DNA of 64,000 nt, taken from assembly GCA_048571215.1 (NCBI GenBank), contig CP182352.1, positions 1,440,001 to 1,504,000 of the forward strand, given 5' to 3'. Source of the stretch: Halarcobacter sp. (GTDB taxonomy: Bacteria; Campylobacterota; Campylobacteria; Campylobacterales; Arcobacteraceae). Position numbers and translations under genes: made by a program. Positions 21,440-30,461 of this stretch are shown one piece after another (within the stretch, counting starts at the first letter, position 1; each line of letters opens with the position of its first letter). The notes beneath the pieces are model-generated. The model saw nothing but the letters and a program-made list of their open reading frames with translations. It had not been told where the DNA came from and ran no database searches.

Positions 21440-23269
21440 TTACAGCTCTTCAAGTTTTTTATCATACTCATGTATGATTTCATCAAGTTTTAATTGACTC
21501 TCTTCCAATAATTCAAATTTTTCTTCAACCTCTTTTTCATATCTTAAAATTATTTGAGATAGTTCTATTATCTTACTATTATCACCTATATTTGAAGCTT
21601 GTATAAGTTCAGCTTGCTCTTTTTCTATCAAATCTTCTAACTCTATAATTGCATTTTCTAGTTTCTCCACCTCTTTTTTAAAAGGAGTTGCCAATTTATT
21701 TTTCTCTTGAATTAAAGAAGCTCGTAGTTTTTTGTTCTCTTTTTTATTTACTTTTGGGGCAATTTTTACTTTCTCTTCATCCTCTTCTTCATCCCAACCA
21801 ATCTTTTCTAAAAACTCATCATATGTTCCATCAAAATAATCTGCACCATCTTTTGCGAACACAATCAACCTATCGCAAACTTCTCTTAAAAGTTTTTCAC
21901 TGTGAGTTACAATTATACAAGAGCCTGCAAAGTTTTTTATAGCTTTAGTTAAAGAATCAATAGATTGCATATCCAAGTGATTTGTAGGCTCATCTAGAAA
22001 CAGCAGATTTACATCTTTTGCTAAGATTTGTCCTAACATCACCCTACTTTTCTCTCCCCCTGATAATAAAGATATTTTTTTCTTAACATCATCTCCACTA
22101 AACATCATAGAACCACAAATGCCCCTAACTGTAGCTTCTGGTAATTTTGAGTTTGAAACATAAATTTCATCCATGATATTATTGTTTGGATTAAGATGGG
22201 ATATATTAGTTTGTCCAAAATGACCAAATGAAGTAGTTCCATGATAATCCACTGTTCCATTTATTTGTTTTAATTCACCTGCAATAACATTTAATAAAGT
22301 TGATTTACCCTTACCATTTTTTCCAATAATTCCTAAGGTTTCCCCTTTTTTTAAAGTAAATGAAATATCTTTAAAAAGAATATTGTCTTTTGTATATCCA
22401 AAAGATAAATCTTTTACATCAAGTAAAACTTTTGCTGGTGTGTCTTTATAATTAAAATCAAAATCTATAGTAGCCTCATCTACAAGGGAATCCATATTAT
22501 CCATTTTTTCCAATAACTTAACTTTTGACTGGGCTTGTGATGCTGTTGAAGCCCTTGCTTTATTTTTAGCTATAAATTCCTCCAACTCTTTTCTTTTTTT
22601 ATCTTGTGCCTCTTTTTGCTTTTCATAATGTTCATCATTTGCTGCTAACTGCTCATAAAACTTATAAGTACCACCTGATAAAATAAATAAAGATTTTCTA
22701 ACAATACCCATAGTATGTGTTGTAATACTATCCATAAAATCCCTATCATGGGTGATTAAGATAACCTCTCCATCAAAGTTCTTTAAAAATATTTTCAACC
22801 ATCTTAAAGATAAGATATCTAAGTAGTTTGTAGGCTCATCAAGAAGTAATAGGTTTGGTTCAGTAATCAATAGTTTAGCAAGATTTATACGAATTTGATA
22901 ACCCCCAGAAAAAGACAAAGGGTCTTTTTCTAAATCTTCATGGGAAAAACCTAAACCAAATAAAATCTTCTCAACCTTGTAAATACTAAACTTGTCATCA
23001 ACACTCAAAGCAAGAGCAGTTTCATCCCTAAGTGTTTTCTCACTAAATTCCAAGTGTTGTTTAAGTGCCCCTATTTTATACCCTTTAGGTATTAAAATCT
23101 CACCATCATCAACTACCTCTTCACCAAGTATTAGTTTAAAAAGTGTAGATTTTCCTGTACCATTTCTCCCTACAAGCCCTATTCTTTGTCCTTGTCCTAA
23201 AATAAGATTCAGATCTGTAAAAAGTGTTTTCTCACCATAATGTTTTGAAAGATTTTTTAGTTGTATCAT
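21440..23269 (-). CDS. ABC-F family ATP-binding protein
   Basis: Two ABC cassettes (GRNGTGKS, GKNGKGKS, DEPTN twice), no TM segment, coiled-coil tail. Confidence 0.92.
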   Translation of the reverse strand: MIQLKNLSKHYGEKTLFTDLNLILGQGQRIGLVGRNGTGKSTLFKLILGEEVVDDGEILIPKGYKIGALKQHLEFSEKTLRDETALALSVDDKFSIYKVEKILFGLGFSHEDLEKDPLSFSGGYQIRINLAKLLITEPNLLLLDEPTNYLDILSLRWLKIFLKNFDGEVILITHDRDFMDSITTHTMGIVRKSLFILSGGTYKFYEQLAANDEHYEKQKEAQDKKRKELEEFIAKNKARASTASQAQSKVKLLEKMDNMDSLVDEATIDFDFNYKDTPAKVLLDVKDLSFGYTKDNILFKDISFTLKKGETLGIIGKNGKGKSTLLNVIAGELKQINGTVDYHGTTSFGHFGQTNISHLNPNNNIMDEIYVSNSKLPEATVRGICGSMMFSGDDVKKKISLLSGGEKSRVMLGQILAKDVNLLFLDEPTNHLDMQSIDSLTKAIKNFAGSCIIVTHSEKLLREVCDRLIVFAKDGADYFDGTYDEFLEKIGWDEEEDEEKVKIAPKVNKKENKKLRASLIQEKNKLATPFKKEVEKLENAIIELEDLIEKEQAELIQASNIGDNSKIIELSQIILRYEKEVEEKFELLEESQLKLDEIIHEYDKKLEEL

Positions 23270-23425
23270 ATTGCTCTTTGTTTTAATAAATTTATATTTT
23301 TTTTGAATATGGATTATATTATAATATGGGTTATAGAATAGTTTAGTATTCCTTTTCAGAGCACTTTAATTTTATATTTGACAATTATGTTTAAATGATA
23401 TATATTCATATATAAAGGAGTCATT

Positions 23426-24178
23426 ATGGAAAACTATTTTGATAAAGAGTTTGAATTAAGATTTTTTGAAATGAATAGATTAGGTGAAGCTTCGGCTATT
23501 TCTATATTAACTCTACTTCAAGAAACTGCCGCTGAACATTGCCGATATGCTGGGCATGACCTTTTATCTTTAATGTCTGAAAACCTTGGGTGGGTACTAC
23601 TTGCTGGTGCAATGGAAATGGAACGCTACCCACTTTATAAAGAAAAGATAATTATAAGAACATGGATATCAAAATATCATGCCATTAGGGGATTTAGAGA
23701 AAATATAATTTATGATGAAAACTACAATATAATAGGTAGAGCTAGAGGTTTGTGGGTATTTTACGATATAAAAAAAAGAAGACCTAAAAAAATACACCCT
23801 GATTTTTTAAAAAAATGGTCATCTTGTAAGACAATATCTCTTGAACATGATATAAGTAATAAGATTGAACCTCTTAATTCTTTTGAATGCAAAAAAGAGT
23901 TTAAAGTCAATATGTATGATACAGATACCAATAAACATGTTAATAATCTTAGATATCTACAATGGCTTATGGAATCAATTCCAGATGAGATATTAGACAA
24001 TTACTACTTGTATTTTATTGATGGACGTTTTATTTCAGAAGCTAATTATGGTGATTCTATTTTATCTTTAACAAATAAAGATGTTGAGGAAAACTCTTTT
24101 ATTCATACTATTCAAATAAAAGAAAGTGGCAAAGTTTGTGCTACTGGTAAATCAGTTTGGAAAAAAATACGAAAATAG
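23426..24178 (+). CDS. Acyl-ACP thioesterase (FatA/B-like)
   Basis: LLQETAAEH and DTDTNKHVNNLRYLQW hot-dog motifs. Confidence 0.88.
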   Translation: MENYFDKEFELRFFEMNRLGEASAISILTLLQETAAEHCRYAGHDLLSLMSENLGWVLLAGAMEMERYPLYKEKIIIRTWISKYHAIRGFRENIIYDENYNIIGRARGLWVFYDIKKRRPKKIHPDFLKKWSSCKTISLEHDISNKIEPLNSFECKKEFKVNMYDTDTNKHVNNLRYLQWLMESIPDEILDNYYLYFIDGRFISEANYGDSILSLTNKDVEENSFIHTIQIKESGKVCATGKSVWKKIRK

Positions 24179-24233
24179 GTTTTTCTAGAAGTTGAACACT
24201 TCTATAATCTCGCTTGTACTCACTGCGTAAGAA

Positions 24234-24437
24234 CGCTTTCTTTACTTTTAGTGGTAAAAGTAAAACAAAAGCCACCAGACGCGTTGTTGAAGCTAAAGTT
24301 CCCTCCCACTTCACTTTTTAAAGCTAGCCTGCAAAACTCCTCGAAAAAGTGACATCTAGTCACTTTTCTCTCGTTAGACAGTTTCGGCTTTTTCCGCTTT
24401 AAAAAGCGAAGTACTCGGCTTCAACAAAGTCTGGACT
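24234..24437 (+). repeat. Structured repeat copy B1 (same family as A copies, opposite orientation)
   Basis: Ends match 32256-32497; nested stems CCAGAC..TTGTTGAAGC / GCTTCAACAAAGTCTGG; inner hairpin AAAAGTGAC-atcta-GTCACTTTT. Confidence 0.8.
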
Positions 24438-24473
24438 AAAATTCCCTAGCCTTGAACTTTCTCATACTATTTG

Positions 24474-24848
24474 AGTATTACACAAATCCAAACAAAATGG
24501 TACCAAAAAATGAAAAGGTCATTATCCCACCTTCCCGCATTTGAGAAGCCGAGTGTTTATTTTTGCTTTTCGGATGTAATCCTGCTTGCAGGCAAAAGTT
24601 TTTTAACTGTCTGAGTGTCAAAAACGTAACTAACTTACGTTTTAGCGAGTTTTGAAAAACAGAAAAGTGAAATAATAAGCGAGGGAACCTTCGGCTTCGA
24701 AACCCGCGGGATAATTTCTTTGCTACTTTCTTTTTCACAAAAGAAAGTCGGAATAAGTTAAAACGTACTGCAAAAGTTTATTTATACTCAAATATTTTGA
24801 TAATAGTATTACCCAAATATACATAATATATTTATCATTTTGTTAAAC
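24474..24848 (+). repeat. Structured repeat copy A1 with conserved flanks
   Basis: Near-identical blocks at 27276-27503 + 28802-28937, 31899-32220 and 32533-32690; structured core about 24532-24750. Confidence 0.85.
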
Positions 24849-25066
24849 AATAAAATGTTATTTAAAGTTAAGTTTTTCACCTTTAACATACATTATGTAT
24901 ATTAAAGTACTAAATATAAACATAAAATATATATAAAGATTATAACTTATAATAAAAATATATAGAAAAAAATATCATATTATGTAATGTTTTTTCTATA
25001 AAGATGTATAAGATGAGCTTTCTTTGTAAATATATAATAAAGTAGTATATTTAAGTACTTTATTTA

Positions 25067-25095
25067 TATAATGTATATTCAATAAATAGTTAGAC
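25067..25095 (+). promoter_or_regulatory. attI/Pc-like array-start site 1 (TATAAT-N16-GTTAGAC)
   Basis: Same spacing and similar sequence as 29135-29163 and 32868-32896; GTTAGAC is the exact reverse complement of GTCTAAC at 26562. Confidence 0.6.
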
Positions 25096-25109
25096 ACAAA
25101 GGAGTAGTA

Positions 25110-25757
25110 TTGCCATTAAAGCCAGATATAATAGAACTGATTGACAATTATTGTACTAAAGATTTGCCAGGAGATTTACAGTGGCATATTGATAGATTTA
25201 ATTTCATTAAAAATACAGATTTACAAAATAAAATAGGCAGAGCATATTATAGTTCTCGTTATATGAGTAAATTAATGGAAGCACTAAGAGGAACTGGGGA
25301 TGAACTTCATCCATTTGTTAAATTCCAAATATTACAATATGCATCTATTTATGAAGCGGTTATAACTTACTTACTTTGGGATACATTTAAAGAACATGAT
25401 GAAGTAATACAATTACAAACACATAAAACATATAAACCAGTTCATGCTTTAGGAAGTAAAACTAGCATAAAATATGATGGAGAGGATGTTTTCACTTGTG
25501 TATATCGTGATGTAAAAACACATAAAAACTCAATTTCTTTTCCAAGCAAAGTAGATTGTGCAGTTAGAATTGGTTTTTTAAATGAAACATATGCTGAGGA
25601 TATTAAACATATTTATATGCTTAGAAATTTAGCACACATTGAAACAGAAGCTGATAAAAAAATTGAAGTTGAAATTGAACATTCAAAACTAGGATATTGG
25701 AGATTAAAACCTTTTCTTGATGATATTGTAGCTTTTTTTGAAGAAAACAATAGCTAA
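25110..25757 (+). CDS. Cassette-borne hypothetical protein (possible HEPN-like, LRNLAH)
   Basis: 215-aa ORF, TTG start with AAGGAG RBS just after the GTT core. Confidence 0.7.
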   Translation: MPLKPDIIELIDNYCTKDLPGDLQWHIDRFNFIKNTDLQNKIGRAYYSSRYMSKLMEALRGTGDELHPFVKFQILQYASIYEAVITYLLWDTFKEHDEVIQLQTHKTYKPVHALGSKTSIKYDGEDVFTCVYRDVKTHKNSISFPSKVDCAVRIGFLNETYAEDIKHIYMLRNLAHIETEADKKIEVEIEHSKLGYWRLKPFLDDIVAFFEENNS

Positions 25758-25776
25758 TGAACATTAAAGAGATAAT

Positions 25777-26577
25777 ATGACAATTGAAGATATTCAGAAG
25801 CTAATTAACATTTATAATAAAGGTATAAAAACCTATAAAGAAATGTGCGACCATATTTTAAAACAAGATACAAAAATTAATAATGAATTATTTTTACTAT
25901 TATTAGCAGTATCAGACTCAATGGAATCATTAGCAATATTAGGCAACTTCAATAAAATGAGAGATTGTTATGTTGTCTCAAGAACAATTTATGAAACTAC
26001 TTTAAATATTCTGCTTATTTTATCCACAGATTTTGAATCAATGGATGAAATGACTAAATATACATATGATGAAATTGAGCAAGAAGATTCTCGTTCAATT
26101 ACTACCGACAGTGAAGCAGTATTTTTTGCTTTTGATGGAATAAAGCATACTGTTGGATTTGCTAAAAATAATCCTTTTAAAGTAAGAAATCCACGTTCTT
26201 GGACAAAACATAAAATACAGAATAGAATAAATCTTATTGATAAAAAATATGGAAAAGTTGTATCTCGTTCTTTACAAGTAGCTCACTTGACAATTTATAG
26301 AACAAGCTCAAATATTGCTCATGGAACTCTTTATGGAATGCTTCAAGCTATGGGTTTAATTCATGAAAAAGAGATCAAAGAGTTTACAGATATTAGTATG
26401 ATAGAACATAATTTTCAAGTAATTACTACGTTATTACTAACTATATCTCAAAGTGTTTATGGATTGACATATGCATTAGATAAAGAACTAGGGTTAGAAG
26501 AATTTGAAAAAAGTTTTTATACTAGTTTAGAAGAATTTATAAATGAAGGCAAACAATTATTGTCTAACAAAACCTAG
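25777..26577 (+). CDS. Cassette-borne hypothetical protein (DUF5677/HEPN-like)
   Basis: SRTIYE and YRTSSNIAHG motifs resemble DUF5677-type proteins; stop lies inside the attC-like site. Confidence 0.65.
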   Translation: MTIEDIQKLINIYNKGIKTYKEMCDHILKQDTKINNELFLLLLAVSDSMESLAILGNFNKMRDCYVVSRTIYETTLNILLILSTDFESMDEMTKYTYDEIEQEDSRSITTDSEAVFFAFDGIKHTVGFAKNNPFKVRNPRSWTKHKIQNRINLIDKKYGKVVSRSLQVAHLTIYRTSSNIAHGTLYGMLQAMGLIHEKEIKEFTDISMIEHNFQVITTLLLTISQSVYGLTYALDKELGLEEFEKSFYTSLEEFINEGKQLLSNKT

Positions 26578-26632
26578 GAGAGAAATAAGTTACCCTAGCG
26601 GGCAAACTTATTTCTCAAGTCAAACGTTATAA
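26562..26632 (+). other. attC-like recombination site 1
   Basis: GTCTAAC...GAGAAATAAGTT-acccTAGCgggca-AACTTATTTCTC...GTTATAA; 71-bp imperfect palindrome between co-oriented genes. Confidence 0.8.
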
Positions 26633-26643
26633 ATAAGGAATAA

Positions 26644-27204
26644 TTGATGAATAAAAAATATTCAATTGTTATAGTGATTTGTTTTTTAATTTTTTGGTTT
26701 GTAAAACTTTTAGATTCTACGGGAACAATAGATACTATAAAATTAGCTATGAATGATAAATTTAATTATAAAATAGAAACATTACTTACACAAGCGGATG
26801 ATGAGGATATGGTAAAAATATTAAATAGTTTTATGAAAAAAGTTCAAAAAGATTATGCCAATAAAACTACAAGTGAAACGGTATTATTAAGTGCAAATCA
26901 AAAAAACAAACATGTAGTGTATAAATTTCAAATGAATTATGATGACCTATTACAATCTGTACCAAATAAAAGAAAGTTATCAAATAAAATTAAAAATTTA
27001 GTATATAAAGATATATGTTCCCAAGGAATATTATCCTTTATTGTTGAAAATAAGGCAGTAAGTTTTGAGTATATTTATTATGATTCTTTATCAAAAGAGC
27101 AAAATAGATATTTGATTCAGAGTGATGATTGTAAAATATGGGAAGATAATAATTTAGTATTTTCATTAACTAAAAAAGCGAAAAATTTTATAAATAGTCT
27201 TTAG
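26644..27204 (+). CDS. Cassette-borne hypothetical membrane-anchored/exported protein
   Basis: N-terminal hydrophobic segment; bounded by GTTATAAATA (26626) and its reverse complement TATTTATAAC (27211). Confidence 0.7.
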   Translation: MMNKKYSIVIVICFLIFWFVKLLDSTGTIDTIKLAMNDKFNYKIETLLTQADDEDMVKILNSFMKKVQKDYANKTTSETVLLSANQKNKHVVYKFQMNYDDLLQSVPNKRKLSNKIKNLVYKDICSQGILSFIVENKAVSFEYIYYDSLSKEQNRYLIQSDDCKIWEDNNLVFSLTKKAKNFINSL

Positions 27205-27544
27205 ATATAATATTTATAACGAATCAGTGAAATAACACCCCCAGAGAATGAATTTCCACTTTTATAATAATTATTGAGTATCACACCAATTCAAATAAAA
27301 TGGTATCAAAAAATGCAAAGGTCAATTTCCTACCTTTCCGCATTTTAGAAGCCGAGTGTTTATTTGTCTCTTTTGAAAACAAGTGACTAAACTGTTTGAA
27401 GCGTAAAGAAACGTTCTGGGAGAACGTTTTAGCAAGTTTTTAGGCACTCAAAAGGGATGAATAATAAGCGAGGGAACCTTCGGCTTCGAAACCTGTGGGA
27501 TAATTCGTATAATAAAATATTGGAAATATGATAGTATATTTTCA

Positions 27545-27748
27545 TAGAGTTCAATAGAAGATGATATATTGTGTGGGTGGTTGAAGCAATTAAAAATAAT
27601 TTTAATTAGCTTGTAAAGAAGTTCAATAGTTATACTTCAAATTTGAGTGGCAACAAGAACAGTTTTATAACTAGTTCGTATTTACGAGTCTAAAGTTTGT
27701 ATGACGAAATATCAGGTAGGAATTTTATTCCTACCCTAACGAACTCTT
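27545..27748 (+). ncRNA. Predicted IS110 bridge RNA
   Basis: Closing stem AGAGTTC/GAACTCT; two internal-loop hairpins carrying segments that match the target (TGTGGGTGG, AAAGAAGTT) and donor (GTGGCAA, TACGAGT) junctions. Confidence 0.75.
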
Positions 27749-27772
27749 TATATTAATACAAAGGTTCTAGAT

Positions 27773-28756
27773 ATGTATTCTATCGGATTAGATATAAGTA
27801 AGTCAACAATTAATATTTATATCCCTATCAATGATTTAGATATTCAAATATCAAATAATTTGAAATCACTTAAAGGTTTTTATTCTAAGTTAAAAAAACT
27901 TTATAAAAAAGATATAGATAAACTTGTATTTGTTTTTGAACCTACAGCTAATTATTCCTTTTTAATTAAAAAGTTTTGTTCTGAAAAAAGTATACACTGT
28001 TTTATTGTTAATCCAAAGAAAAGTGCTAACTTTGCTAAAGCAATTGGTCAAAGAAATAAAACTGACCTTTTAGATGCTAGAATGTTATCTCAGATGATAG
28101 TTACTGCAAGAAAAAATCAGATTAAAATACCCATTATTAATCCTTATGCCGAGGAATTAAAAGAGCTTATTACATATTATAAATTTATATCAAAAATTAA
28201 AACTCAAAATAAAAATCATTTGGAAGCTTTAGTTTCAAAAGATGCTTCATCTATTATAATTAAATCATTAAGAAAAGATATAAAATCATTTGAAAAAAAA
28301 GAAAAAGATATTCTTATTGAGATAAAAAAAGTTATTGCAAAAGACAAAAATTTACATAATGCATTTTTAAATATCCAAACTATAAAAGGCATAGGAGAAT
28401 TATCTTCAATTATATTATTACACCATTTTATACAATATCCTGATACAAATCAAAAGCAAATTGTTTCATTAGCTGGATTAGATCCAGTTAGTAGAGATTC
28501 TGGTTCATCAATAAAAGGAAAAACAAAAATATCAAAATCTGGTTCAAAATTATGTAGGGGTACATTATTTATGGCAGTAATGACAGCGATACAATACAAT
28601 GAAGAATTAAAAATATTTTATAATAGATTAAAAGAGAATGGCAAACATACTACTGTAGCACAAATTGCTGTAATGCGAAAAATGATTGTAATTGCTCACT
28701 CATTATATAAAAATAATAATATATATGACCCTAATAAATTTAAAAGTATATCATAA
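27773..28756 (+). CDS. IS110-family DEDD recombinase/transposase
   Basis: IGLDISK, FEPT, KTDLLDA, IKGIG, AGLDP..DSGSS (catalytic Ser region), AVMRK. Confidence 0.95.
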   Translation: MYSIGLDISKSTINIYIPINDLDIQISNNLKSLKGFYSKLKKLYKKDIDKLVFVFEPTANYSFLIKKFCSEKSIHCFIVNPKKSANFAKAIGQRNKTDLLDARMLSQMIVTARKNQIKIPIINPYAEELKELITYYKFISKIKTQNKNHLEALVSKDASSIIIKSLRKDIKSFEKKEKDILIEIKKVIAKDKNLHNAFLNIQTIKGIGELSSIILLHHFIQYPDTNQKQIVSLAGLDPVSRDSGSSIKGKTKISKSGSKLCRGTLFMAVMTAIQYNEELKIFYNRLKENGKHTTVAQIAVMRKMIVIAHSLYKNNNIYDPNKFKSIS

Positions 28757-29134
28757 ATATTAGATTTAAATATTTTATATTTTATCATTTTTTAAGGTGG
28801 CAACTTCTTTGCTACTTTCTTTTTAGAAAAGAAAGTCGAGAAAACCAAGAGGTACAGCAAAAGTTTATTTACACTCAAATATTTTGAAAATAGTTTTACC
28901 CAAACACAACATAATATATTTATCATTTTGTTAAACTATCAAGATTTTCACCAAATAGTCATACAAAATGATAAGATATTAAGGATATACCTTGATAATC
29001 TAACATAAAAAATGTTCTACTTTTTCTTATATTATTTTGTATTTTATTAAATTTAGACTATTTAAGGCTTATTTGAGCTAATATCTTTACATTTTTAATG
29101 TTAAGATATTAGATGTTTTTATATATTATTTATA

Positions 29135-29163
29135 TATAATGTATTATTAATAAGAAGTTGTAT
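29135..29163 (+). promoter_or_regulatory. attI/Pc-like array-start site 2 (TATAAT-N16-GTTGTAT)
   Basis: GTTGTATGAA (29157) is the exact reverse complement of TTCATACAAC (30370) at the cassette end. Confidence 0.6.
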
Positions 29164-29192
29164 GAACATATAAAATTAACTGAAGAGTATAG

Positions 29193-30362
29193 ATGAACAA
29201 TCATATAGAAATTTTTATAAATAATAAGTCTAATCAAATTCCGAGTAATGATATTGACTATATAAATAGTTTTTTACCATTTTATGCAGATGTTAAAAAT
29301 GACAATATAGCTTATTTATTCGCTTATTATCATTATAAATTTAACAGTTTATTTAGTTTTATGAATTCTAAATTAAATTCTGATAACCATCATTATAATG
29401 CTGACCCAAGTCGAGAACTAATAGCAATAATCGATGACTTAGAAAATGTATCAAGGGAACTGAAAAATACAGAATATAATTTTAACATTGATACTAATTA
29501 TCTAGAAATCATTAAATTATGTAAGACATTTTTATTAGGTAGTGGGGGAAGTCCTATTCCAGATGACTTCAAAAAAATTAATATCATTGAAGCTAAACCA
29601 ATTTTTCACATAAATACAACTATTACAGTTGAAAATGTAAAACTTGGTTTAAAATTAATAGGTGAAGGTTCATATGCACAAGTACTAAAATATAAAGACC
29701 AATTTTACAATAAAACATTTGCTTTAAAAAGAGCAAGACATAATCTTACTGATAAAGAATTAAAACGATTTAGAAGAGAATACGAAAGTATGAAGAGTTT
29801 AAATTCTCCTTATATTTTAGAAGTATACAAGTTTGATGAAAAAGAAATATCGTACATAATGGAATATGCTGATTTCACATTAGCTGATTACATAAAACAC
29901 AATAATACTAAATTAACTTATAATCAAAGAAAAAATATTATAAATCAAACTTTCAAGGCTTTTGAATACTTAGAAAGTAAAGATATACTACATCGAGATA
30001 TTAGTATAAATAATATACTTTTAAAACAATATGATGACTTATTTGTTGTAAAAATTTCTGATTTTGGACTTGTAAAACTAAAAAATAGTGACTTGACAAG
30101 TCAAAACACAGAATATAAAGGCTCACTAAATGATCCAAAGCTAGATATAGTTGGTGGATTTAAGAACTATGAAATACATCATGAAACATATGCATTAACT
30201 AGATTAATATACTTCATTTTAACTGGTAAAATTCGTATAGATAACTATAAAAAAAATGAACAACTAGAAACATTCATAAAAAATGGGATTTCTGATAATA
30301 TAGACCTTAGATATCATTCTATTAAAAAGATGCGAAAAGCTTTTAATGACCTTGTGTTTTAA
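29193..30362 (+). CDS. Cassette-borne Hanks-type Ser/Thr protein kinase
   Basis: IGEGSYAQV, ALKR, RFRRE, HRDISINNILL, KISDFGL; ~140-aa N-terminal extension; no TM segment. Confidence 0.9.
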   Translation: MNNHIEIFINNKSNQIPSNDIDYINSFLPFYADVKNDNIAYLFAYYHYKFNSLFSFMNSKLNSDNHHYNADPSRELIAIIDDLENVSRELKNTEYNFNIDTNYLEIIKLCKTFLLGSGGSPIPDDFKKINIIEAKPIFHINTTITVENVKLGLKLIGEGSYAQVLKYKDQFYNKTFALKRARHNLTDKELKRFRREYESMKSLNSPYILEVYKFDEKEISYIMEYADFTLADYIKHNNTKLTYNQRKNIINQTFKAFEYLESKDILHRDISINNILLKQYDDLFVVKISDFGLVKLKNSDLTSQNTEYKGSLNDPKLDIVGGFKNYEIHHETYALTRLIYFILTGKIRIDNYKKNEQLETFIKNGISDNIDLRYHSIKKMRKAFNDLVF

Positions 30363-30372
30363 GGCGTTATTC

Positions 30373-30442
30373 ATACAACAAAAACGAGGAGACCAATAAT
30401 TTACCCTTGCGGGAAAATTATTGCTCACGACAAACGTTAACT
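30373..30442 (+). other. attC-like recombination site 2
   Basis: ATACAAC...GAGACCAATAATTT-acccTTGCggga-AAATTATTGCTC...GTTAACT; 70 bp, same architecture as 26562-26632. Confidence 0.8.
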
Positions 30443-30461
30443 CAACAGTAAGGAAAATAAA

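Larger units (their letters stand above)
27502..28803 (+). mobile_element. IS110-family element bounded by an AA core dinucleotide
   Basis: No terminal IRs; ends defined by interruption of repeat A2 (GGGAT-AA-ttcgtataat ... aaggtggc-AA-CTTCTTTGC). Confidence 0.85.
27276..28937 (+). repeat. Structured repeat copy A2, split by IS110 between 27503 and 28802
   Basis: Removing the IS restores ...GAAACCTGTGGGATAACTTCTTTGCTACTTTC..., matching A1 GAAACCCGCGGGATAATTTCTTTGCTACTTTC. Confidence 0.85.

Noticed and set aside
23426..24178. Thioesterase as an additional integron cassette
   Set aside because: No complementary GTT/AAC boundaries or attC hairpin found around it.
24478..24738. 86-aa minus-strand ORF
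   Set aside because: Lies wholly within repeat A1; the other copies differ by indels in this region, so it is probably a chance frame.
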